A stretch of DNA of 64,000 bases. Source: a bacterium. GTDB taxonomy: Bacteria; JAMCPX01. The stretch is taken from the NCBI GenBank assembly GCA_037439545.1, contig JBBIVV010000001.1:96001-160000 (forward strand). Reading direction: 5' to 3'. Position numbers and translations under genes: made by a program. The first letter of the stretch is position 1. Each line of letters opens with the position of its first letter. Positions 10,176-19,457 of the stretch are shown piece after piece. The notes below the pieces were generated by a model that was not told the DNA's origin, did no database searches, and was given only the letters and a program-made list of their open reading frames with translations.

Positions 10176-11756
10176 ATGAGAAATTACATAATCAAATATC
10201 TGATTGCTCTTTGTATCCCCGTTGCCATGGTTTCATGCACTTCATCCAAAAAAGGCACTTCACCCGTAAACTTCCCGAAAGGTTTTCTCTGGGGTGTGGC
10301 GACTGCTGCGGAACAGAGCGAGGGCGGCAATACCGGGAACGACTGGTATGTATGGGAGACAATGGGTAAGACCCCGCCAGTCGGACTTGCTGATAATTTC
10401 TATGAACCACAGTGGTACAACACGGACATTAACAACGTAAAATCCATGGGCCTGAATGCGTTCAGGCTCACCTTCGAATGGTCGAGAATAGTGCCCAATA
10501 AGCCGGCGAACGTCTTCGCACCATTGACAGCAGCCGATATTAACTGGACTGCTGTTCAACATTATACGGATGTTGTCAATGCCATGATTGCCGCAGGATT
10601 GACACCCGTTGTTACCCTTACTCACTACACCGTGCCGCAGTGGGTTGATAACCCTTCGGCTGCATACGACCAGACTGCTCAAACGTTTGCAGACGGGTCT
10701 CTCGGTGGCTGGACAAACACGATAACAGCCTATGCGTTCGCAAACTACGCAGGCTTCATGGCACAGCAGTTTTCTACCACCGTCAAATATTGGCTTACGG
10801 AGAACGAGCCTGTTGCAGACGTGCTGCTCGGCTACATTGCAGGTCAATACCCTCCTGGGTACAGCAATTATTTTGACCTGGCATCGACAACTAATATGCC
10901 TTTTTCAGCAAGTGTCATCACGGTCATGAAAAACATGATCATGGGGCATGCGCTTGCATATCATGCGATCCACGCAGCAGAGCCGGACGCAATGGTAAGT
11001 TTTGCCAAGAATTCCATTTTCCCGAGCGCCATACCCGGCAACGCAGCATCGGCAAAGGCTGCGGATGCATTTGATCATGCTTATAACCTTACTTATCTCG
11101 ATGCCCTGACGACGGGCATATTCGATACGGGGCTTACGGGCACCACGTTTACCGAGGGGCATCCGGACTGGGCACACACGCTCGATTACATAGGCGTCAA
11201 TTACTATGAAAATGACTACGTCGTGCCCGCACCTTTCGGCTTATTGGCTCCAATAAAAGCTTTACCATGCAGCGGAGCGATAGCCGGGGCATTGCAAGCA
11301 TTCAGTATCACTCTGGGAACTTTGGGCTGTCCTGCACAAAATCCTTCTGAAACACAGGGGCTGACCGGCATATTGTTGAAGTATGAACAACGTTACCACC
11401 TTCCCATACTGATAACCGAGAACGGCTGCAATTCCAATGTTCCTCTTGAAAAGGCGAAATACATTGTCCGGAACATCATGGCAGTAAACGACGCTATCAA
11501 TCAGGGGGTAGTTATGATCGGCTACCTGTACTGGACACTGAATTACGATTATGAATGGACATCAGGCTATGACCAGAGCGCGGGACTGTTCTTTGTGGAC
11601 GATTTCACGTCCTGTACCACGCCGTTCTGCCCTCTGATCCCGGATACAAACACCGGCTTCACGAGAACACCCATGCATCCTGCGACCGACGTTTACGCTG
11701 CAATAGCAACGGCAAACGGTATTAGTCCGACAGTGATCGATCAATACGGGCATTAA
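10176..11756 (+). CDS. Glycoside hydrolase family 1, predicted lipoprotein
   Basis: FPKGFLWGVATAAEQSEG, TENEP (acid/base), ITENG (nucleophile), NYDYEW; signal peptide ending MVSC; AAGGAG RBS. Confidence 0.88.
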   Translation: MRNYIIKYLIALCIPVAMVSCTSSKKGTSPVNFPKGFLWGVATAAEQSEGGNTGNDWYVWETMGKTPPVGLADNFYEPQWYNTDINNVKSMGLNAFRLTFEWSRIVPNKPANVFAPLTAADINWTAVQHYTDVVNAMIAAGLTPVVTLTHYTVPQWVDNPSAAYDQTAQTFADGSLGGWTNTITAYAFANYAGFMAQQFSTTVKYWLTENEPVADVLLGYIAGQYPPGYSNYFDLASTTNMPFSASVITVMKNMIMGHALAYHAIHAAEPDAMVSFAKNSIFPSAIPGNAASAKAADAFDHAYNLTYLDALTTGIFDTGLTGTTFTEGHPDWAHTLDYIGVNYYENDYVVPAPFGLLAPIKALPCSGAIAGALQAFSITLGTLGCPAQNPSETQGLTGILLKYEQRYHLPILITENGCNSNVPLEKAKYIVRNIMAVNDAINQGVVMIGYLYWTLNYDYEWTSGYDQSAGLFFVDDFTSCTTPFCPLIPDTNTGFTRTPMHPATDVYAAIATANGISPTVIDQYGH

Positions 11757-11810
11757 TAACTGAAGAGAAAAAATGGGGGGCACCTGCTCTTCTTTCAGGC
11801 GAGTTTACCC

Positions 11811-11842
11811 CAAACTTCTCTATTGCATTTTTCAGGTTAATA
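11811..11842 (-). repeat. Dispersed repeat copy (MITE-like end A)
   Basis: Minus strand TATTAACCTGAAAAATGCAATAGAGAAGTTTG, near-identical to 17849-17880 and 27043-27073. Confidence 0.75.
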
Positions 11843-11848
11843 TTCGCA

Positions 11849-11876
11849 GCAGGGACAATTCATAAATTGCCCCTGC
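11849..11876. repeat. REP-like palindrome
   Basis: GCAGGGACAATT-CATA-AATTGCCCCTGC, 12-bp arms with one mismatch. Confidence 0.6.
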
Positions 11877-11986
11877 AATACTTTAAACGAAGTTTAAGTT
11901 CGTGGTTTTTAATAATAATTCTTGAAAATAAAAATAAACATTATAAATTAGGTGAATGAAATTTAAGGAAAGGAAAAAATACGTTT

Positions 11987-14413
11987 ATGGATTTCAAATC
12001 ACTGAAGACATCGGAATATAAGAAAATTTCTTTAGAGGAAACACTAAGCAACTTAAAAACCACTGCTCACGGGCTTAAGCAGTCTGATACTGTAGAACGG
12101 CATAAGATATTCGGTTACAATGAAATAGTAGAAAAAAAACAAAATCTGTTCGTGGAATTTATTTCCAGATATTGGGGGCCTATGCCATGGCTGTTAGAAC
12201 TGGCAATGGTACTTTCATTTCTACTGGATCGGCCGGTTGAAGGCATAATAATCTCCACGTTATTAACGATAAACGCAATCATAGGGTACGTGCATTCACG
12301 GGGTTCACAGAGAGCGGTTGAACTCTTAAAAAGTAAGCTGGCAGTCAAGGCCAGGGCACTTCGGGACGGCGAGTGGCTCATAAAGAATGCAAAGGATGTC
12401 GTACCAGGTGATATCATTCTGATTAAGCTTGGCGATATAGTGCCCGCGGATGTCAAGATTATGGACGAATCTTTGTCTGTCGATGAATCGGCTTTAACCG
12501 GTGAATCATTACCGAAAGAGCTCCATAAATCGGATGTCGTTTATTCCGGGTCTACGGTAAAAAGAGGGGAAACAAAATGTGTCGTTGTCAACATCGGTTC
12601 GAATACATATTTCGGCAGAACCGCAGAACTTGTTAAGATAGCCAAGCCGAAATCTCATCAGGAAGAAGTAATGATGACTATCGTAAAATATATGATGTAC
12701 CTGGGCATAATAGCTTCTGTCATTGTCTCTCTCTATGCGATTACCATACAGGTCCAGCTTATCATGATAGCGGCTTTTGTAGTCACGTTTCTTATGGGGG
12801 CTGTCCCTGTGGCACTTCCGGCTGTGCTTACAATAGTACAGGCTGCGGGTGCCATAGAACTTTCAAAAAATAATATCCTTGTGACAAGACTCGATTCCGT
12901 GGAAGACGCAGCATCTATAGATATCCTGTGTCTCGATAAGACAGGCACGATAACGGAGAACAATCTGTCGGTCACCGACAGTGTGCCTTTTAACGGCTCT
13001 CAGAAAGAGGATGTAATAAAATTAGCCATGCTGTCATCGCAGGAAAAGGGTATGGATGCCATCGATCTTGCCATCATTACCCACGGGAAACATCTTGGTC
13101 TGGATAACGCTATCAAGCCGTATAAACAACTCTCCTTCGTGCCGTTTGATCCGTCTATAAAAAGGACAGAAGCGGTTATCGAAGGCAACGGAGAACGATC
13201 CAAAGTCATAAAAGGTGCTGCACAGATGGTAATCAGCATGAGCACGGGCATGGATAAAGAAACTTTAGAAAAGGTAGAAACAACGGTAAGAAACTTTTCG
13301 CTGAAAGGGTACAGGACATTGGCAATAGCTCAATCAACGGATAGTAATATCAGTGAGTTTAAGTTTATAGGCTTGATTGCCCTCGCTGATCCGCCGAGAA
13401 AGTGTGCACAGAGCATGATAGAAGAAATAAAGGGGCTGGGCATAAAGCCAATGATGCTCACCGGCGACCATATCGCAATAGCAAAAGAGATAGCGAAACA
13501 GGTAAGCATCGGTGGAAACATAATAAGATTGCCCGATATCAAGGACTTGAGAGAAGAAGAACAGATGAAAATCGTGAACCAGTGCGATGGATTTGCAGAG
13601 ATATATCCCGAAGACAAATATAAGATTGTCAAATTGCTGCAATCCAATGGTCATACGGTAGGAATGACCGGCGATGGCGTAAATGATGCGCCTGCATTGA
13701 AACAGGCAGAGATGGGGATAGCGGTAAGCAATGCGACCGATGTTGCAAAAGCATCCGCAAGTATCGTTTTAACGGCACTGGGCATAAATGTAATAGTAGA
13801 TGCCATAAAGGTAAGCAGAAAGACATATCAAAGAATGCTTTCATGGGTGATAAATAAGGAGACAAAAGTAATAGGATTTGTGGGGGTGCTCACCATCGGA
13901 TTTTTCTGGCTGCATAAGCTGGTGCTGTCGCTTCTCGGCATGTCTTTGCTGGTATTCGCGAATGATTTTATAACAATGTCCCTTGCGACTGACAACGTAA
14001 AACATACCAGTAATCCGAATACATGGAACGTAAGAAATATTACCATCGCTTCTCTCTTTCTGGGCGTATTGTTGATTTTGGAAACAATACTCATAATCTT
14101 TATCGGGAAACGATATTTTAACCTGAACTTTAGCCAGCTTCGCACCTTTGTGCTGCTTAATCTCGTATTCAGCAGTCAGTTTAGAATTCTGATTGTCAGA
14201 GAAAGACAGTTTTTCTGGTCATCGATGCCCGGGAGAGAGTTACTCATCTTTACTGGATTAACGCTTGCTGCATTCGTGCTTTTAGGTACCTATGGCGTAT
14301 TTATTTCCCCTATCGCTTTATCTCAAGTTCTCATTATTCTCGGCTTATCGGCATTATTTACCTTAACTATAGACTTCCCGAAGTATTATATATTCAAGAA
14401 GGTTAAATTATAA
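11987..14413 (+). CDS. P-type ATPase, plasma-membrane proton-efflux (P3A) type
   Basis: YWGPMPWLLE, TGES, VPVALP, CLDKTGT phosphorylation site, GMTGDGVNDAPALK, FANDF in TM6. Confidence 0.87.
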   Translation: MDFKSLKTSEYKKISLEETLSNLKTTAHGLKQSDTVERHKIFGYNEIVEKKQNLFVEFISRYWGPMPWLLELAMVLSFLLDRPVEGIIISTLLTINAIIGYVHSRGSQRAVELLKSKLAVKARALRDGEWLIKNAKDVVPGDIILIKLGDIVPADVKIMDESLSVDESALTGESLPKELHKSDVVYSGSTVKRGETKCVVVNIGSNTYFGRTAELVKIAKPKSHQEEVMMTIVKYMMYLGIIASVIVSLYAITIQVQLIMIAAFVVTFLMGAVPVALPAVLTIVQAAGAIELSKNNILVTRLDSVEDAASIDILCLDKTGTITENNLSVTDSVPFNGSQKEDVIKLAMLSSQEKGMDAIDLAIITHGKHLGLDNAIKPYKQLSFVPFDPSIKRTEAVIEGNGERSKVIKGAAQMVISMSTGMDKETLEKVETTVRNFSLKGYRTLAIAQSTDSNISEFKFIGLIALADPPRKCAQSMIEEIKGLGIKPMMLTGDHIAIAKEIAKQVSIGGNIIRLPDIKDLREEEQMKIVNQCDGFAEIYPEDKYKIVKLLQSNGHTVGMTGDGVNDAPALKQAEMGIAVSNATDVAKASASIVLTALGINVIVDAIKVSRKTYQRMLSWVINKETKVIGFVGVLTIGFFWLHKLVLSLLGMSLLVFANDFITMSLATDNVKHTSNPNTWNVRNITIASLFLGVLLILETILIIFIGKRYFNLNFSQLRTFVLLNLVFSSQFRILIVRERQFFWSSMPGRELLIFTGLTLAAFVLLGTYGVFISPIALSQVLIILGLSALFTLTIDFPKYYIFKKVKL

Positions 14414-14545
14414 CCGTCGGCTTGCGTCTTGACAAGAATGGAGTGACAAGGACGTTTAACTATGATAGTGTAAATTAGCTTGTGGGGGTGGATGTGAACG
14501 GAGGAAAGATCACGGTGCGTTTGACGCAACAGAGGAGGTGCTCTC

Positions 14546-16552
14546 GTGAAAAACTCCAGTTTATTAAAGCATAAAAAGGGCAAAGCCAAGAAATCAAAAA
14601 CAGCGCCGGATAGAACACGACATGCAGACCTCAAGCGGATAGAACAGGCATTATATGAGAGCGAGAAAAAATTCCGATTAATCTTTGAATATGCACCGAT
14701 TGGAATACTGCACTTTGACAATAAGGGGATAATATCTGCATGTAATGACAACTTTGTAAAAATTATCGGTTCATCGCAGGAAGCTTTAATCGGTTTGGAT
14801 TTGCTTAAACTTCCGGACATGCGTGTCATCGATGCGGTGCAGGAGGCGCTGCAAGGCAGCATAGCCTCTTTTGAAGGAGATTATAGTTCAGTGACCGGAA
14901 ACAAAGTCACACCGGTGAGAGTTCTTTTTGGTCCTATACTATCAAAAGACAGCAGAGTCGAAGGAGGCATCGGTATAATCGAAGACATCACCGGACGCAA
15001 ACAGGCTGAGGATGCCGTGCGTGAGAACGAGGAACGTTTCCGAACCCTGACTGAAACAACCTCCACTGCTATCTTCGTCTACTCCAATGAACGCTTTATT
15101 TATGTGAACAATGCAAGCCGGCTTATGACCGGCTACTCATCCGATGAATTACTCTCCATGCGATTTTGGGACGTGGTCCACCCCGATTACCGGCAATTGA
15201 TTCGCGAGAGAGGATTAGCCCGTCAACGCGGAGAAGATATACCTTCGCGTTACGAATTTAAGATTGTCCGCAAAGATGGCACAGAACGCTGGATTGATTT
15301 CACCTCCGGAAAAATTCAATGGCAGGGAAGGACCGCGGCTATTGCCTCTGCATACGATATTACGGAGCACAAGCTGGCTGAGGAAGAGAGGCAAAAACTC
15401 GCAGATCAGCTCCTTCATGCACAAAAGATGGAAGCCATCGGCAGGTTCGCCGGCGGCGTTGCTCATGATTTCAACAACATGCTGAACGTCATTATAGGTT
15501 ATGCGGAGATGGTTTCTGGCAGGCTTAACCATGAAGATCCATTGCGAAAAGAAGTAGATGAGATCCAGAAGGCAGGCATGCGTTCTGCTGCGCTGACGCA
15601 ACAACTATTAGCTTTCAGCAGAAAACAGATTATCAAACCCGAAGTGCTGGACATAAATGCACTTTTAAAAAATCTTGAAAAGATGCTTCGACGGGTGATT
15701 GGAGAGCACATAGACATAGTGGTTGCATTGGCAGATGATATTGGACGAATAAAAGTTGATCCGGCACAGATTGAGCAAGTCTTTATGAATCTTGCGCTTA
15801 ACGCAAGGGATGCAATGCCGCGGGGCGGCAAGCTGACCATTGAGACTGTAAATGCAGATCTCGATGATGTGTATGCTAAAGACCATGCTGAAGTTGTTAC
15901 AGGAAGGTACGTGATGATTGCCGTGACAGACACCGGTTACGGTATGGATAATGAAACGAGGTCCAAAATCTTCGAGCCGTTTTTTACGACTAAGGATAGA
16001 GGAAAGGGGACAGGCCTTGGACTTGCTACGGTCTATGGCATTGTAAAACAGTCGGGCGGTCATATCTTCGTCTACTCAGAGCCCGGGCAGGGCACGACTT
16101 TCAAGGTATACCTTCCACGCACCGATGCGCAGCTGGACTTAAAAGTGGTCGACCACAGAGGGAAAGAACACAGGGGAGGCAACGAGCATATCATGGTGGT
16201 GGAAGATGAACCTAAGCTGCGGCGTCTCTTTGAAGCGACCCTTCCATCACTTGGTTACCGCCTAACAACCGCTGCCAATGGTGATGAGGCGCTGGTTTTG
16301 ATTGAAGAAAAAGGGATAACTCCTGATCTTATTATCACGGACATAATTATGCCCGGAATGGGAGGCGTGGTGCTGGTTGAACGTCTCCGGAAACACCGGC
16401 CGGATATCAAAGTGCTCTACATGTCGGGATATACTGATAACGCCATAGTACACCACGGGGTGCTGGATCCCGGTATACCCTTTATTCAAAAGCCGTTTCA
16501 CATCAAAGACCTTGCCGAAAAGATCAAACAGGTCATGAGGGGAACGGATTGA
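14546..16552 (+). CDS. Hybrid sensor histidine kinase (2 PAS, HisKA, HATPase, REC), CckA-like
   Basis: PAS/PAC repeats, [23 protein letters not shown]-terminal receiver domain; GGAGG before GTG start. Confidence 0.92.
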   Translation: MKNSSLLKHKKGKAKKSKTAPDRTRHADLKRIEQALYESEKKFRLIFEYAPIGILHFDNKGIISACNDNFVKIIGSSQEALIGLDLLKLPDMRVIDAVQEALQGSIASFEGDYSSVTGNKVTPVRVLFGPILSKDSRVEGGIGIIEDITGRKQAEDAVRENEERFRTLTETTSTAIFVYSNERFIYVNNASRLMTGYSSDELLSMRFWDVVHPDYRQLIRERGLARQRGEDIPSRYEFKIVRKDGTERWIDFTSGKIQWQGRTAAIASAYDITEHKLAEEERQKLADQLLHAQKMEAIGRFAGGVAHDFNNMLNVIIGYAEMVSGRLNHEDPLRKEVDEIQKAGMRSAALTQQLLAFSRKQIIKPEVLDINALLKNLEKMLRRVIGEHIDIVVALADDIGRIKVDPAQIEQVFMNLALNARDAMPRGGKLTIETVNADLDDVYAKDHAEVVTGRYVMIAVTDTGYGMDNETRSKIFEPFFTTKDRGKGTGLGLATVYGIVKQSGGHIFVYSEPGQGTTFKVYLPRTDAQLDLKVVDHRGKEHRGGNEHIMVVEDEPKLRRLFEATLPSLGYRLTTAANGDEALVLIEEKGITPDLIITDIIMPGMGGVVLVERLRKHRPDIKVLYMSGYTDNAIVHHGVLDPGIPFIQKPFHIKDLAEKIKQVMRGTD

Positions 16553-16557
16553 CACAA

Positions 16558-17751
16558 TTACGATGCTATAGCCATGCCTATGCCGATCATCATCACTATC
16601 CACGCGATCATCAAATAGACACTCCATGTTCTCAACTTCATCGATGAAAGATCGATTGGTTTTGAAGACCTTCCCATCTTGAAAATAACGGTGATCAAGT
16701 ATCCTGCAATGACGATACCCATGACAAAGCTTAAAAGAAAAAGGGCAGTGCTTCCATAACTCATGTTTAATTTATAACTGTGGATTGAATAGCTGTATTT
16801 CCCTGCATAAAGCATGCGAAGCACCTCTCTTAAAGACGACATGGCGAAAACGGTAATCGCCATGACGACCGCGACAGGCACTGCGTATTTTCTCGGATCC
16901 GCCTGTGCCTTTATAAGCACAAGCAGCAGTATGAATGCAAAAGGCACCCCGGTCAAAAACATATAATTTGTATAAAAATGGAAATTTGCAGGCAGGCTCA
17001 GAAGCCACCACACACCGACAGCCATCTGCAGGACCGTAAAGCCCGCAGCCATCCTTGCTCCCGCTTTACCGACCCATGTAAGATAAGCACTATCCATATC
17101 TTCCCTTTTCCAGAAGTACCATGAATAGAGCATCATGAATGCTCCGGTGAGTGCAAAAGACGCAACGATGAAATGGAAAAACCTCGGCAGTTGAAATGCG
17201 TGCAACTGGGCACCGTAGAGGTTTACACTGTCGTTATTCATATACCATGCAAGCCATTTTTCAGGGACCAGCGCCTGATATGAAACAGCATGCATGATAA
17301 TACCGGCAAGGATGACGAGGAGGAATGAAAGAATGCCCCAGAGTGCGATATGCCGTTTCCCGGTGCTGGATTTCAGATAAAACAGGTACGCAAAGGAAAT
17401 GGCAGACATCAGAACAAATAATATGCCTATCATCCACGAAGCTGAAAGTACGTTTGATGTGTACCAGAACGGATCATAGATAACCTGCGTAAAGAGAAGC
17501 GGTGCAACACCGAGGACAATTGCAAGGGACAAATTTATTGTCGTCGCTTTTGCAAATGCTTTTGATAACGCTGTGTAGTACTTTCCGGGGTGGAGATAAG
17601 CATACACAGCCATACACGAGCCGCCGACAACGAAATTAACGAAAATAATATGCAGGGCGAATGTTACTATAAGAAGTATCCGGAACACCAATGGATAGAA
17701 CGGCACACCCATAGGATCCTGTAAAGATTTCAGCATATCCGGAATATTCAT
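16558..17751 (-). CDS. Multi-pass membrane protein, remotely cytochrome bd subunit I (CydA)-like
   Basis: About 10 TM helices; intramembrane His in ALHIIF, IMHAV, FFHFIV and an M..LREVLR motif. Confidence 0.6.
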   Translation of the reverse strand: MNIPDMLKSLQDPMGVPFYPLVFRILLIVTFALHIIFVNFVVGGSCMAVYAYLHPGKYYTALSKAFAKATTINLSLAIVLGVAPLLFTQVIYDPFWYTSNVLSASWMIGILFVLMSAISFAYLFYLKSSTGKRHIALWGILSFLLVILAGIIMHAVSYQALVPEKWLAWYMNNDSVNLYGAQLHAFQLPRFFHFIVASFALTGAFMMLYSWYFWKREDMDSAYLTWVGKAGARMAAGFTVLQMAVGVWWLLSLPANFHFYTNYMFLTGVPFAFILLLVLIKAQADPRKYAVPVAVVMAITVFAMSSLREVLRMLYAGKYSYSIHSYKLNMSYGSTALFLLSFVMGIVIAGYLITVIFKMGRSSKPIDLSSMKLRTWSVYLMIAWIVMMIGIGMAIAS

Positions 17752-17848
17752 AGAAATATCTTATAATTTATGCCGATAAAAGCAACAGAAAAGTGTGTTC
17801 AACTTATGATTTTGTATGATCAGTTCTTACCGCTCTACTATGAATAAT

Positions 17849-17976
17849 TATTAATCCGAAAAATGCAACAGGGAAGTTTGCTCATTCGCTCAATCCTGCG
17901 ATCCACCTAAGATATAAAGGGGTTTTGTGATAAATGATTTTTAAGTCCTTTCGCTCATTACACAAACTCCCCTATT
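17849..17976. mobile_element. Putative MITE / IS remnant
   Basis: AGGGAAGTTTG ... CAAACTCCCCT inverted ends around a non-coding interior; both ends recur elsewhere in the window. Confidence 0.55.
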
Positions 17977-18004
17977 TACAAATGCAGTTTTCGGGTCAAT
18001 TCTT

Positions 18005-19273
18005 TTATTGTTTTTTATCCTGCATCTCCTGCATTTGTTTCAATAATTCTATCTTGTCAAGTTCGAGTTCATAGAAGCCGTGCCACAGCTCATAATCAGG
18101 TCCCTGCATGAATGCTCCGAACCTTGCCCTCCTGCCTTCATGATGCCAATATTGAAAGAACTTGAACTGGACAGGCGTTGAAAACGGTGTTTTGGGCCAC
18201 TTTCCCTCTGACACGAGTTTTTGTTTTACATCAAATACCGGTTTGTAATACCTGTTTTCATAAACCTCCAGGGTCGTGTCAGCTTGTCTGAAGTAATTTT
18301 GCGTCCATGTCGTAGAATGGCAATGATAGCATACCTCCTGCATGGTCTCCTGTTTTGCCTGCCAGTCAGGGTAATGATAGGTAAGAGGTGCCTGAAGCGC
18401 CCATGACAGGTTTGCACTGAAGTTATGGGTCGTTTTCATGTCAGGCAGGCCTGCATCCATATGGCATGTCACACAAACCGGAGCCGCACCTGTTTTTAAT
18501 ATGTTCCATTTTCCGACAGGTGCATCCCAGTTCCAGTCAGCTCCCCTTGTTGCATATATGTTCCCGTGTTTTGATTCCATGTATATCTCGTTCTGCGGAT
18601 GGTCGGGTCCGAGATGACAATTGCCGCATACCTCGGGCTTTCTTGCCTCTGCAACAGAAAACCTGTGTCTTGTATGACATGTCGTGCAACTTCCGAAGCT
18701 GTTGTCGGGGTTTATCCTGCCTATGCCCTGGTTGGGCCAGGTATCAGGTGCAGGCTGGCCGTCTTTGCCGATCTTTATGACTGTTCCGTGGCATGCCTGA
18801 CAGCCCCTTATCGTAATCTTGTCACCCATGGTGGCAAAAAGCGTATTTTCCCTGGTCACTTCAAGACCGGGCATGCCTGCGATGAATTGTCTTGCAACGG
18901 CATGTCTGCTTTCTTCGAATTCTTTCGTTTCTTGTTGATGACATGCGGAACAGTCTTTTGGCGACACGACTACATGGATGAGATATCCGTTATGCTCAAA
19001 TGCACCGGGAGCTGATTTATCTTTACTCTTATGGCATTCATAACAACCGACGTTATAGCGGGCATGTCCGCTCTGCTGCCAGTCGGAAACAATACCCGGA
19101 GTTATTTCTTTATGACATTGGATGCAAGCTCCGGTTTGTACACTCGATACTTTGAAAGTCCGCTCCTGCGCAGGCGGTGCCATACTTAATTTTACAGAAT
19201 CAATTTTCTGGTCCGCCTGAGCGATTGTTACGACAGAAAATGCACTTCCAAGTATTAGTATAAACTTTTTCAT
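18005..19273 (-). CDS. Octaheme c-type cytochrome, hydroxylamine oxidoreductase (HAO) family
   Basis: Signal peptide; eight CxxCH motifs (CIQCH, CYECH, CSACH, CQACH, CTTCH, CGNCH, CVTCH, CYHCH); GIGRINPD, CHTRHRFS, GPDHPQ.EIY.ESKHG. Confidence 0.9.
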   Translation of the reverse strand: MKKFILILGSAFSVVTIAQADQKIDSVKLSMAPPAQERTFKVSSVQTGACIQCHKEITPGIVSDWQQSGHARYNVGCYECHKSKDKSAPGAFEHNGYLIHVVVSPKDCSACHQQETKEFEESRHAVARQFIAGMPGLEVTRENTLFATMGDKITIRGCQACHGTVIKIGKDGQPAPDTWPNQGIGRINPDNSFGSCTTCHTRHRFSVAEARKPEVCGNCHLGPDHPQNEIYMESKHGNIYATRGADWNWDAPVGKWNILKTGAAPVCVTCHMDAGLPDMKTTHNFSANLSWALQAPLTYHYPDWQAKQETMQEVCYHCHSTTWTQNYFRQADTTLEVYENRYYKPVFDVKQKLVSEGKWPKTPFSTPVQFKFFQYWHHEGRRARFGAFMQGPDYELWHGFYELELDKIELLKQMQEMQDKKQ

Positions 19274-19457
19274 CGGTATCCCCTTTATAATAGTATTGTT
19301 TAATCATATTCTTCAAATTCCATGCCAAAATTGTCAACATAAAATACTCAAAATGCATATTTCTATTTATTCATAGAGGACGTCAATTTTGTGTTTCATT
19401 TTCTTGTTCATCAATCACTTGCCAATCGATTCGTTTTACTTCATAGTGGAAGACACT

